Positions 34,194 to 43,454 of a stretch of DNA of 64,000 nt are shown here, piece by piece. How positions within the stretch are numbered: the first letter of the stretch is position 1; every line of letters starts with the position of its first letter. The stretch is from Solirubrobacterales bacterium. GTDB taxonomy: Bacteria > Actinomycetota > Thermoleophilia > Solirubrobacterales > Solirubrobacteraceae. A model generated the notes under the pieces. That model made no database searches. It had not been told where the DNA came from and was given only the letters and a program-made list of their open reading frames with translations. Location: positions 6,400 to 70,399 of the forward strand of contig JAFAXX010000154.1 of the NCBI GenBank assembly GCA_019240655.1, read 5' to 3'. The position numbers were made by a program, and so were the translations under genes.

Positions 34194-35186
34194 ATGGCGA
34201 AGGTCCTGCGGCCCATCGGGCACGACGATGAGCTGAGCATCGTCGAGCATCTCGACGAGCTGCGCTCGCGGTTGATGATCTGCGGCGCGGTTCTGGTCGT
34301 CGCCTTTGGGATCTGCTTCTGGCAGAACCACGCGCTGCTCAGCGTGCTGAACCGCGCCCTGCCGCACACCTCGAGCAGCGAAGTGCGCCGCGGGCTCGCC
34401 GGGGTGCCGAGTCAATCCGCGCAGGAGCGCGACGCGTTCCTGAAGATGGCTTCCGCCGCCGCTGCGCTGGCCGCCTCGCACCACCTCTCCGCGGCCGACC
34501 GCGCCGCCGAGGCCCAGTTCGAGCAGGCGGCCCTGCAGGCCGCTCGGGCGCTGCCTCGCACGCCCACCACCGCCCAGGAGAGGCCGATCACAATCGGCGT
34601 GGGTGAGCCGTTCATGACCACGCTGACCGTGTGCGCCTACTTTGCGCTCCTGTTCTCGCTGCCCGTGCTGATCTACGAGGGATACGGCTTCGTGATCCCC
34701 GCCCTCAGCCGGGAGGAGCGCCGCGCCGCCCTGCCTCTGATGACCGTGGCGCCGGTGCTGTTCATCGCCGGCGTCGTCTTCGCCTACGCGGTCGTGCTCC
34801 CGCCGGCGGTCCACTTCCTCCAGGGCTACAACAGCGAGCAGTTCGACATCCTGGTGCAGGCGAAGAGCTACTACACCTTCCAGATCCTGACCATGCTGGG
34901 GATCGGACTGGCCTTCCAGCTGCCGCTCGGCCTGCTCGGCCTCCAGCGCCTGGGGGTGATCAACGGCAGCACCCTGACCCGGCACTGGCGCTACGCTACG
35001 GTGATCATCGCCGTGATCGCCGCGGCGATGCCCGGGGCGGACCCGGTGACCACCGGGCTCGAGACGGCCCCGCTAGTCGTGTTGTTCCTCGCCAGTATCG
35101 TGTTACTCAAGATCGCCGACCGCCGGGCGGCCGCTCGCGCCGCCGCTGAGTTGGCGCAGGCCGACAACGGCCTTGATTTGACCTGA
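34194..35186 (+). CDS. tatC: Twin-arginine translocase subunit TatC (with an insertion of about 65 aa)
   Basis: LSIVEHLDELRSRL, TM1, then the extra segment HTSSSEVRRGL...ARALPRTPTTAQER before the EPFMTTL region. Six TM overall. Confidence 0.88.
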   Translation: MAKVLRPIGHDDELSIVEHLDELRSRLMICGAVLVVAFGICFWQNHALLSVLNRALPHTSSSEVRRGLAGVPSQSAQERDAFLKMASAAAALAASHHLSAADRAAEAQFEQAALQAARALPRTPTTAQERPITIGVGEPFMTTLTVCAYFALLFSLPVLIYEGYGFVIPALSREERRAALPLMTVAPVLFIAGVVFAYAVVLPPAVHFLQGYNSEQFDILVQAKSYYTFQILTMLGIGLAFQLPLGLLGLQRLGVINGSTLTRHWRYATVIIAVIAAAMPGADPVTTGLETAPLVVLFLASIVLLKIADRRAAARAAAELAQADNGLDLT

Positions 35187-35188
35187 AA

Positions 35189-35866
35189 ATGCTTTTCGAT
35201 CTCCGCAGCCGCGGCCGGCGGCGCACCGTCCAGACCGTCTACCTGGGCCTCGCCATCCTGATGGGCGGCGGGCTGGTGCTGTTCGGCGTCGGCGCCGGCG
35301 GCGGCGGCGGTGGGCTGCTCAACGCGTTCACCGGCAATGGCTCGAGCAGCGCGCAGAAGCAGGTGGTCAACCAGCAGGAGACGGCTGCGCTGCGCCAGAC
35401 GCAGCAGGAGCCGAACAATCCCCAGGCGTGGGCCAACCTCCTGCAGGCGCGCTGGACCTCAGCCGGCCAGGGCAGCAACTACAACCCGAACACCGGAACC
35501 TTCACCGCGTCGGGTAAGCAGGAGCTGACCCGCGCCACCCAGGCGTGGCAGCGCTACCGCCAGCTCGTCAGCAGCCCCGACCCCAACCTCGCGGTCCTCG
35601 CCGCCCGCGCCTACGCCGCGCTGGGCGACTACGGCCAGTCCGCCGACGCTTGGGAGCAGATGACCGTGGCCAGCCCGAACGAGTCCAAGGCCTTCGAGTG
35701 CCTGGCCGTGACCGCGTACGCCGCCGGTCAGACCCGCAAGGGCGATCTCGCCACTGCCAAGGCGCTGAACCTCATCCCCAAGGCGCAGCAGGCGAGCGCC
35801 AAGCAGTCGCTGAAGCAGGCCAAGACGAGCCAATCCTCGGCCCAGCAGCTCGCCCAGGGCTGCTGA
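35189..35866 (+). CDS. Membrane-anchored Q/N/S-rich, TPR-like hypothetical protein
   Basis: 225 aa, starting 3 nt after tatC. N-terminal RSRGRRRT + TM + G8 run, then a helical region (AWANLLQARW..., LAARAYAALGDYGQSADAWEQM). Confidence 0.6.
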   Translation: MLFDLRSRGRRRTVQTVYLGLAILMGGGLVLFGVGAGGGGGGLLNAFTGNGSSSAQKQVVNQQETAALRQTQQEPNNPQAWANLLQARWTSAGQGSNYNPNTGTFTASGKQELTRATQAWQRYRQLVSSPDPNLAVLAARAYAALGDYGQSADAWEQMTVASPNESKAFECLAVTAYAAGQTRKGDLATAKALNLIPKAQQASAKQSLKQAKTSQSSAQQLAQGC

Positions 35867-35979
35867 GCCCGGCGGCGGAGGCAGTCGGCGACCTCGTGCC
35901 GGGGCGATCGGGCGACGGTCCCGGGGGCGATCGGCGGCCGGCCGCATCCGCGGCGGACGGCTAACATCGGGCGCAGACC

Positions 35980-36052
35980 GGGCCGTTAGCTCAACTGGTA
36001 GAGCAGGGGACTCTTAATCCCAAGGTTGGAGGTTCGAGTCCTCCACGGCCCA
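35980..36052 (+). tRNA. tRNA-Lys (anticodon CTT)
   Basis: 73-nt cloverleaf: acceptor GGGCCGT/ACGGCCC, anticodon loop CTCTTAA, T-arm GGAGG-TTCGAGT-CCTCC. One G-A mismatch at the top of the anticodon stem. Confidence 0.92.
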
Positions 36053-36055
36053 CTC

Positions 36056-36081
36056 GAGAAACCCCGCCAAGAGGGGTTCTC
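36056..36081 (+). terminator. Hairpin after tRNA-Lys
   Basis: GAGAA(A)CCCC-GCCAAGA-GGGGTTCTC: 9 bp with one bulge. No U-tract. Confidence 0.35.
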
Positions 36082-36125
36082 GTCTCGGCCCTCTGACGCC
36101 TACGGTGATTGGCGCGGGATAGTCA

Positions 36126-37703
36126 GTGAGTATTCGGACCGGAGCAGTAGCGGCGGTAGCAGCGGATCATGAGGTCGCGTTTACGCGGTGGTTACGCGGG
36201 GCGGCCGGGTGCCTGGTGTTCGCCGCGCTCTACTACATCGCGGTGCAGGGCGGTTACGCCGTCAAGTTGACTGGGGCGATCTCGGCGGTCTGGCCGCCCG
36301 TCGGGCTGGCCGCAGGCGTGTTGTATCTCGCCGGGCTGCGGTGGTGGCCTGGAGTCGTGCTCGGAAACCTGGTCGCGACCGACAGCGCGCTCCCCAACGT
36401 GACCATACTCGGGCAGACCGCGGGCAATCTCGCCGAGGTGCTCGTGATCGCCGTCCTATTGCGCCGGTTGCTCGGCAGTGCTGCGACGGTCGACAGACTC
36501 GATCGGGTGCCGCGGATGTTGCTCGCGATCGCAGTCGGAACCGCGGTCAGTGCGCTAGTGGGCAACCTGTCGCTGCTTGCCGGCGGCGTGATCGGGTGGC
36601 GTACGGTTCCGACTACGTTCAGGACGTGGTGGCTGGGCGACTCCTGCGGAGCACTGGTGCTCCTCCCGCTGATCCTGGCCTGGGCACGGCCGCCAGATCC
36701 GGCGTGGCGCCGCTCATGGGAGGTGGTGGCGCTCATCTGTGTGGTCCTCGGCGTTAGTGCGCTGGCGTCCTCCGGACATCAACCGCTGACATATCTGGTC
36801 TTCCCGGCGCTGATCTGGGCGGCGCTGCGGTTCGGGACTCAGGGCGGTACCGTCGCGGTCGTGCTGGCGGTCGCCGTGACCGTATGGCGGACCGCGCATC
36901 ACGTCGGTCCGTTCGTCCTGCATTCGATTACCGACAGCGTGCTCAGCACCCAGCTGTTCGTCGCCGTGGCCGCGCTCACGACTCTGTGCCTGGCGGCGAT
37001 CGTGACGGAGCGTCGGCGGGCAGCTGTGGAGCTTTTGGTGGCGCGCAGGCGGACGGCAGAGCGCGGCACGCTCGAGCGCCAGCGCATCGCACGGGACCTA
37101 CACGATTCCGTCTCGCAAACGCTGTTCTCGATGACGCTGCACGCCCGCGCCGCGCAGCGGGCGATCGCAGGCGCCGCCGTGGTCAGCGACGGCGGCAAGC
37201 GCGAGCTCGGGCAGGTCGTCGATCTGTCGCGCAGCGCGCTGGCCGAGATGCGCTCGCTGATTTTCGAGCTGCGGCCCGAGGGCCTGGCCGACGAGGGGCT
37301 CGTCTCGGCAATCCGCAAGCATGCGGCGGCACTCTCGAGCCGCGAGGGCATCCGGATCGAGGTGCACGGACCCGAGGACCGACTGCCGTTGACGCCCGGT
37401 TCGGAGGAGAACCTCTACAGGATCGTCCAGGAGGGACTTGCCAACGTGATCAAGCACGCGCGGGCGCGTAACGCGTCGGTCACGATCACTGTCAGCGGGA
37501 CCGAGGTGAGCGTCGAGATCACGGACGACGGCCGAGGGTTCGTCGGGCCGGCTCCGAGGCCGGGGCACATGGGCCTCGAGTCGATCAACGACCGCGCACG
37601 CGAGCTAGGCGGCACCATCGCGATTCACGGCCGCGCGGGCGGCGGCACCCGCGTCGTCGTCGTGGTCCCGGCCGTGGCGGCGGAAATCACCGAAGATGCC
37701 TGA
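36126..37703 (+). CDS. Sensor histidine kinase (MASE1-like membrane domain + HisKA_3 + HATPase_c)
   Basis: About 290-aa polytopic N-terminus, then ERQRIARDLHDSVSQTLFSM (HisKA_3 H-box), LYRIVQEGLANVIKHA (N-box) and DDGRGF (G1 box), with GGT further downstream. Confidence 0.85.
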   Translation: MSIRTGAVAAVAADHEVAFTRWLRGAAGCLVFAALYYIAVQGGYAVKLTGAISAVWPPVGLAAGVLYLAGLRWWPGVVLGNLVATDSALPNVTILGQTAGNLAEVLVIAVLLRRLLGSAATVDRLDRVPRMLLAIAVGTAVSALVGNLSLLAGGVIGWRTVPTTFRTWWLGDSCGALVLLPLILAWARPPDPAWRRSWEVVALICVVLGVSALASSGHQPLTYLVFPALIWAALRFGTQGGTVAVVLAVAVTVWRTAHHVGPFVLHSITDSVLSTQLFVAVAALTTLCLAAIVTERRRAAVELLVARRRTAERGTLERQRIARDLHDSVSQTLFSMTLHARAAQRAIAGAAVVSDGGKRELGQVVDLSRSALAEMRSLIFELRPEGLADEGLVSAIRKHAAALSSREGIRIEVHGPEDRLPLTPGSEENLYRIVQEGLANVIKHARARNASVTITVSGTEVSVEITDDGRGFVGPAPRPGHMGLESINDRARELGGTIAIHGRAGGGTRVVVVVPAVAAEITEDA

Positions 37704-38475
37704 ACCGGCGCCAATCAGACTGCTGATCGTCGATGATCACAAGGTAGTTCGCGAAGGCCTCAGGAGCTTCCTCGGGACCGAGCCCGGAATCGAAATCGTC
37801 GGCGAGGCGGCTGACGGCCGACAGGCACTGGACCGGGTGATGGCCCTTGGCGCTGAGCGGCTCGGGCCAGACGTCGTGCTCATGGACCTCGAGATGGAGC
37901 CCATGGACGGAATCGAGGCGACACGAGAGATCCGCTCGCGCTACCCAGAGGTGGAGGTTGTAGCGCTGACCTCGTTCGTCGAAGAGGATCGTGTGCACGC
38001 CGCCCTGGATGCAGGCGCCGCGGGTTATCTGCTCAAGGACGCTGACGCCGACGAGCTCGTCGCCGCGGTGCGCGCCGCGCACGACGGCGAGCTGACGCTC
38101 GACCCCGCCCTAGCCCGACGGCTGATGGCTTCGCTGCGCGCTGCGCGAACTCCCTCCCCGGCGGACGAGCTGACCCCGCGCGAGCGCGAGATTCTCGCGC
38201 TGGTCGCTCGCGGCAGCTCCAATCGAGAGATCGCCACAGAGCTGGTGATCAGCGAGCGCACCGCCCGGACCCACGTCTCGAACATCCTACGAAAGCTCGA
38301 CCTGCGCTCCCGCACGCAGGCCGCCCTCTGGGCTACCAAGCACGGCCTCGCGCCACCGGACTCGCGGACCACCGATCCCTCAAGCGCGAGCGATCCGCGG
38401 CGCAGCTCGACCGGGCGAGATGCGAGCCCGGCGCCCAGGTCCAGCGCCCTGCCGCACCGCAGCCGCGACGGATGA
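37696..38475 (+). CDS. NarL/LuxR-family response regulator
   Basis: Contains IRLLIVDDH and DVVLMDLEMEPMDG. GerE HTH: LTPREREILALVARGSSNREIATELVISERTARTHVSNILRKL. 8-nt overlap with the kinase. Confidence 0.9.
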   Translation: MPEPAPIRLLIVDDHKVVREGLRSFLGTEPGIEIVGEAADGRQALDRVMALGAERLGPDVVLMDLEMEPMDGIEATREIRSRYPEVEVVALTSFVEEDRVHAALDAGAAGYLLKDADADELVAAVRAAHDGELTLDPALARRLMASLRAARTPSPADELTPREREILALVARGSSNREIATELVISERTARTHVSNILRKLDLRSRTQAALWATKHGLAPPDSRTTDPSSASDPRRSSTGRDASPAPRSSALPHRSRDG

Positions 38476-38590
38476 CGTAGCCGGAGTGCGCGGCAGTCGC
38501 GGCTGAGTGCCGTCGACAGACCGATGTCCAACCGTCACCGTCCGGCGACTATCTCCTCCATCGCTTGTAACCATCCCTCCAGGAGGAGAT

Positions 38591-39178
38591 ATGTCAGCCA
38601 CCACCGTCACCCAGACCACCACAACGAGCCCCAAGCGCAGCTTCCGCCGCCGCTACACCGTCGCACGAGGGACGGCGTACCAAATGTGGGGTGTGATCAG
38701 CGGATCCGCACTCCTGGCTCTGGCCACGCAGCTGAAGACCGGTGCCGGCGCCTCCGCCCTCATGATCGCCGGGTTCGTCACCGTCTACCTCAACTGTCAC
38801 GCGCTTGCCCACTACGTTGCCGGCCGCGCGGTCGGTCTCCGCTTCCGCGGCTACGGCGTCCGTGGCAGCGACCATCCCGAGGTCTACCCCCCCGGCATCC
38901 GCCAGCTCATGCAGGCCGCCCCGTTCTACGTCGCCCTCTCGACAAAGGAGAGCCGCGAGCAGGCAAGCGGACGGGCCAGGGCGATCTATTACGCCGCCGG
39001 CGAGACCTCGACCGCGGTCTGCTCGATCGCTTACGCGGCAATCGCCGCCGCCGCCAACATCCCCGGTGGGCAACTGCTGCTCGTCGTGATGATCGTCTTC
39101 AACGTCATCTCGACGATCGTCACCACCCGCAACCCGACCGGCGACTACGGCAAGGCGCTTCGGGCGCTGCGGAGCTGA
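38591..39178 (+). CDS. Hypothetical polytopic membrane protein
   Basis: ATG 38591 is preceded by a strong SD (AGGAGGAG). 4-5 hydrophobic helices. NCHALAHYVAGR resembles an HExxH site-2-protease motif without the Glu. Confidence 0.55.
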   Translation: MSATTVTQTTTTSPKRSFRRRYTVARGTAYQMWGVISGSALLALATQLKTGAGASALMIAGFVTVYLNCHALAHYVAGRAVGLRFRGYGVRGSDHPEVYPPGIRQLMQAAPFYVALSTKESREQASGRARAIYYAAGETSTAVCSIAYAAIAAAANIPGGQLLLVVMIVFNVISTIVTTRNPTGDYGKALRALRS

Positions 39179-39202
39179 CCGCCATAGCAATTCGCGGTTC
39201 AC

Positions 39203-39234
39203 AGGGCTCTCGGCGATCGCCGGGAGCCCTTTAT
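39203..39234. terminator. Long perfect palindrome plus TTAT (likely bidirectional terminator)
   Basis: AGGGCTC-T-CGGCGA|TCGCCG-G-GAGCCCT followed by TTAT. It lies between convergent genes at 38591-39178 (+) and 39340-40914 (-). Confidence 0.55.
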
Positions 39235-39339
39235 GTGACACGGTGAGCGGGCTCGTCGGCAGGTCGCGCGCGAGCTCCGCCTCGTTGTACGTACGCGACC
39301 CGCGCGAGCTATGGCCCCGCCGTCCGCCTCGGGGCGTCG

Positions 39340-40914
39340 CTACGGCGCCGCGGTCGCGACGGCCAGCTCGGGCGCGGACTCGGGCGGGCGGCGGTGGTGG
39401 GTGGCCTGCTCGAAAGCATAGCCAAGGCGGAAGACCGTCGGCTCGTCGTATGGCTTCGCGACGAACTCAAGCCCGACCGGAAGGCCCGAGTTGGTGAATC
39501 CCGCGGGCACGGTCATCGCCGGCATCCATGTCTGCGAGGCGATCAGCGTGTTGGTCGGGAAAGTCAGCACGGTCCACTGCTTGCGCCCGTCCATCGTTGG
39601 CGCCGGCACCTGCACACTCGGGTAGACGAGCGCGCCGAGCCGGTTGGCGGCCATGACGTTGACCGCCTCGCGGGTAAAGGCCTCTCGGGCCGCAAAGCGG
39701 CGGAAGTAGTCGGGGTCCTCCTCGGGCTGATCTGGCCCTTCCATGACCGCGTCGATCAGGTCGAGATCGGGATGCGACAGTCCCGCCTCGACGATCTCCT
39801 GGAGGGTGCGGCCGCCTGCCTGCGGGCGCTCCGAGAGGAACGCGTTGATGTCGTGCTTAGTGCGTGCGACGTACTGGGAGGTCGCCTCAATGTGCTCCAT
39901 CAGGTTCGGGATGGTCACCTCAACGACGTCGGCGCCTTGGCCGGCGATCGCGTCGATCGCAGCGCGGACGACCTCGTTGACGGCGGCGCTATCGGCGTCG
40001 TCGTCCGAGCCGAGCGCATTCATCACAAGTCCGAGCCGCGCGCCCTCGAGCGCGCCGGCGTCGAGCTGCTCGCGATAGCTCGCGGGCGCTCGGGCAATCG
40101 CGTAGGCGGCTGTGTAGGGATCGGAGTTGTCGTAGCCGACGATGGCGTCAAAGACGATCGCCGCATCGGTAACCGTCCGCGTCATAGGACCGATCGTGTC
40201 CTGGAAGATCACCAGGTACGACGAGCCGGTCCGCGGCACGACCCCGGGCGTACTGCGAACGCCCACGAGGTTGCAGAACGAAGACGGAACGCGGATCGAG
40301 CCGCCGCAGTCGGTGCCGATTCCCACCGTGCCGAGGTTCGCGGCCACGGCCGCCCCCGTCCCGGCACTCGACCCGCCGGGATCGCGGTCGAGCGCGTACG
40401 GGTTCTTCGTCTCGTGGCTCACCGACGAAAATGAAAACCACGAGGTCGCGAAGTCCGGCAGCGTTGTCTTGGCGAGGATGATCGCGCCCGCCTCGCGCAG
40501 CTTGCGAACAACCACCGCGTCCCGGGACGGGCGGTAACCTCGGACGCCCGCCGAGCCGAAGGTCGTGTCGATCTCGCTGGTCTCAACGCAATCCTTCACG
40601 AGCACCGGAATCCCATGCAGCGGCCCGGACAGCTCACCCCGAGACAGCCCTTGGTCCAACTCATCCGCGCGCGCCAGCGCGCCCTCGTTGACGCCGAGAA
40701 TCGAGGTCAGCGCAGGCCCAGAACGATCGTAAGCATCGATCCGGCGCAGGTACGCCTCGACGAGCTCGCGGCTCGTGACCTCGCCGGCGCGCATCGCGCC
40801 ATGAACATCGCTGATCGTGGTCTCTTCGACGGTAAACGCTGACGGCGACAACGCGGGGCCTCCTCTGAGCGGCGGGATCTGAACGCAATCAACCACCAGG
40901 ACGCCAGAAGTCAA
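39340..40914 (-). CDS. Amidase-signature family amidase
   Basis: Contains GGSSAGTGAAVAANLGTVGIGTDCGGSIRVPSSFCNLVG. Confidence 0.88.
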   Translation of the reverse strand: MTSGVLVVDCVQIPPLRGGPALSPSAFTVEETTISDVHGAMRAGEVTSRELVEAYLRRIDAYDRSGPALTSILGVNEGALARADELDQGLSRGELSGPLHGIPVLVKDCVETSEIDTTFGSAGVRGYRPSRDAVVVRKLREAGAIILAKTTLPDFATSWFSFSSVSHETKNPYALDRDPGGSSAGTGAAVAANLGTVGIGTDCGGSIRVPSSFCNLVGVRSTPGVVPRTGSSYLVIFQDTIGPMTRTVTDAAIVFDAIVGYDNSDPYTAAYAIARAPASYREQLDAGALEGARLGLVMNALGSDDDADSAAVNEVVRAAIDAIAGQGADVVEVTIPNLMEHIEATSQYVARTKHDINAFLSERPQAGGRTLQEIVEAGLSHPDLDLIDAVMEGPDQPEEDPDYFRRFAAREAFTREAVNVMAANRLGALVYPSVQVPAPTMDGRKQWTVLTFPTNTLIASQTWMPAMTVPAGFTNSGLPVGLEFVAKPYDEPTVFRLGYAFEQATHHRRPPESAPELAVATAAP

Positions 40915-41008
40915 GCGCTCATCCGAGCGGCTGCCGGGACCCTTCCGGGAGCTCGCGCGGCGTTCCGGCCAGGCCGCCCTGGCTCGGGGGGATCTCGTCA
41001 GGTGCAGC

Positions 41009-42139
41009 TCAGCGGTCGCTCGACGGGTCGATGAGGTACTTCGTCCCGGTGCTGCGGCGCGCGAAGACGGCGAGGACCTCGGGCTCCAGGACGTCGCGCA
41101 GCCCGATGGTCTGGGCGTAGCCCGAGGCGAACGTCGTCTTGGCCTCGGCCAGCACGCGGGCGCGCATCCGGCCGGCGGCCTCGCCGCCCAGGCGGCCCAG
41201 CGCGGTCGTCACGAGGTATCCGCCCACGCTCCATGTCAGACCGAACTTGCGGTCAATGACGGTGGGTGAGAAGTCGAGCGAGCCGTAGATGTACACCTGC
41301 TTGTGCACCGTGGTTCCGTAGGGCGTGTACGACGTGAGCGGCGGCTGCGCACGTTCCATCGCGGTGAGGATCTCGCCGGCCAGTGAGCCGCCGCCAATGG
41401 CGTCGAAGGCCAGGGTTGCGCCGGTTTCGCGGATGGCCTCGGTGAGCCGGTCGGCGAAGTCCGGCTGAGCGGAGTCGACGACGTGGACCGCGCCGAGGTC
41501 GCGCAGCAGCCGGGCCTGCTCGGCGCGGCGCACGATGTTGACCAGACCGATGCCGTCGGCGGCGCAGATCCGCACGAGCATCTGCCCTAGATTGGAGGCA
41601 GCGGCGGTGTGAACGAGGGCGCTGTGGCCCTCGGCGCGCATCGTCTCGACCATCGACAGCGCTGTCAGCGGGTTGACGAACAGCGCTGCGCCCTCGGCGG
41701 TGCTGACATCGTCGGGCAGCTCGACGACGGCGGCCGCGTCGACCACACGATAGTCGGCCCACATCGACCCGCCCAACACCGCGACGCGACGGCCGATCAG
41801 CGCGGCCGCCTCCGGGCCCGCCCCGACCACGGTGCCGGCGCCCTCGTTGCCGACCGGCAGCGGCGTGTCCAGCCGGTCGCGATACAGCGGAAGCGCCGCC
41901 TCTGGAACGGTGCCGACCAGATCCCGCCCGTCCGGCCGCAGCGTGCCAGGGGCGACCGCACCCAGCAGCACGCCGAGATCGGAGGGGTTGATCGGCGAGG
42001 CCTCGACAGCCACGACAACCTCGCTAGCGCCAGGCTCCGGGACGTCACGCTCGGCCAACTCCAGCCTCAGCTCGCCGGTAGAGGAAATCGTGGATCGCAC
42101 GCTGCGGCCGCGGGTGATAGTCGCGTCGGGAGACCTCAT
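41009..42139 (-). CDS. MDR-family (quinone oxidoreductase / Zn-ADH-like) oxidoreductase
   Basis: Contains EASPINPSDL, the nucleotide fold HTAAASNLGQMLVRI and the GroES-like N-domain pattern. Confidence 0.8.
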   Translation of the reverse strand: MRSPDATITRGRSVRSTISSTGELRLELAERDVPEPGASEVVVAVEASPINPSDLGVLLGAVAPGTLRPDGRDLVGTVPEAALPLYRDRLDTPLPVGNEGAGTVVGAGPEAAALIGRRVAVLGGSMWADYRVVDAAAVVELPDDVSTAEGAALFVNPLTALSMVETMRAEGHSALVHTAAASNLGQMLVRICAADGIGLVNIVRRAEQARLLRDLGAVHVVDSAQPDFADRLTEAIRETGATLAFDAIGGGSLAGEILTAMERAQPPLTSYTPYGTTVHKQVYIYGSLDFSPTVIDRKFGLTWSVGGYLVTTALGRLGGEAAGRMRARVLAEAKTTFASGYAQTIGLRDVLEPEVLAVFARRSTGTKYLIDPSSDR

Positions 42140-42218
42140 GGGGAGCCTTTCGAGTCGGAGAACGCAGCCTATCGAGCGAGGGGCAGCTACTGAAATGGCT
42201 CACCCGCCGAACGCTTTC

Positions 42219-42434
42219 TCACGCGCTGTCCCGGCACTTCTGTTGCCCGTGCCAGAACCACACCGGGGTGGGCACCGGCTCGCCCGAGCGGCGGAAGGTG
42301 ACCAGCAAAGCAAACTCCTCGCCGATCAGCGCATCGAACGTATCGGGCGTCCCGGGGCCGCCCGCCGCGCCGGCGCTGAGGGATCCCGGAGACGGTCGAG
42401 CAGCCGGTCCTGCTGGCGGCTGATCCGATGCGCG
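42219..42434 (-). pseudogene. Remnant of a PPOX-class (F420/FMN) oxidoreductase N-terminus
   Basis: An open stretch with no start codon reads ...FDALIGEEFALLVTFRRSGEPVPTPVWFWHGQQ then stops. It matches only the first ~35 aa of pyridoxamine-5'-phosphate-oxidase-like proteins. Confidence 0.3.
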
Positions 42435-42529
42435 CTACCGAAGCGCTCCACGCCCAGGATGATTCACCGACCCACCCGGTGCCAAACCGACCGAGCCATG
42501 CCCCCGCCCGGATGCGATCGCTTCACACA

Positions 42530-43402
42530 TCAGAACAGGATCGACGGCAGGTAGGCACCGGCCGGCTCGTTGTAGAGGCCGATCGTCATGAGCGTGCTCT
42601 GCTGGACGATCCGCAGTCCGTTAGCGAGGCACCATCCAAGCAGCTCGCGGTTTCGCGACGGCACCAGCACGCCGAGGCCGATGAACGCGTCCGCCGAGGA
42701 AAGCAGCGCGAACAAGTCGTCGTTGGTCTCAGCGACTGCGTGCCAGCCGTAGCCGAATCCGGTCGCGTAGCCGCAGACCCCCTCGGGGCGCTCGGCGACG
42801 CGGGCGGTGCCGGCGGCGATCGCATCGCGCAGCTCACGCTCGCGGTCGTGGCCATGCACGCGCACACACAGCTCGGCACACGCGGGGAGATCGTGCTCGG
42901 CGCCCGGCCGCACGGTTCGTCCGGGGATGGTGAGCGCCGGCGGGGCTCCTTGTACGACCGACAGAGGCTCGCGGATCGCGAACCCGAGCTTGGCGTATAA
43001 AGCGAGCGAGCGATAGTGGTAGGCGGTTTGGATGAGCCGCACGCCCGCGGCGGCTCGATCGCGTTCGCGCTCGAGCGCGGCTTCCATCAGGGCCCGGCCG
43101 ATCCCATCGTCCTGCGAGCAGGGATCGACGGTCACGGGCCCGACGCCCGCGATCAGCGAGCGCTCGTCGATGAACGCGCTCCCGAGTAGCTCACCATCGC
43201 GCTCCGCGACGAGCCCCGCGAAGCGGTTGGTTGAGAGCATCTCGAGCACCTTGAAGCGCGTGAACTCGCGCGACGGCGGCTCGACGGGGAAGCTGTGCGA
43301 CTGGGCAATCGACTCGAATGCGTCGTAGAAGATCTCGGCCAGGCGCTCGCCGTCCGCCGCGCTCGCGTCTCGAATCGTGAGCTGAGTTGTGGCTGTCCGC
43401 AT
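42530..43402 (-). CDS. GNAT-family N-acetyltransferase (two-domain)
   Basis: From ATG 43402: LTIRDASAADGERLAEIFYDAF...VDPCSQDDGIGRALMEAAL (acetyl-CoA Q/RxxGxG/A motif). The rest of the 599-aa ORF is antisense to the LuxR gene. Confidence 0.8.
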   Translation of the reverse strand: MRTATTQLTIRDASAADGERLAEIFYDAFESIAQSHSFPVEPPSREFTRFKVLEMLSTNRFAGLVAERDGELLGSAFIDERSLIAGVGPVTVDPCSQDDGIGRALMEAALERERDRAAAGVRLIQTAYHYRSLALYAKLGFAIREPLSVVQGAPPALTIPGRTVRPGAEHDLPACAELCVRVHGHDRERELRDAIAAGTARVAERPEGVCGYATGFGYGWHAVAETNDDLFALLSSADAFIGLGVLVPSRNRELLGWCLANGLRIVQQSTLMTIGLYNEPAGAYLPSILF

Positions 43403-43454
43403 CAACTGCCTCCTGGTGCGTGGGGAAGCCGATCGTGATCCACGGCACGCAGCG

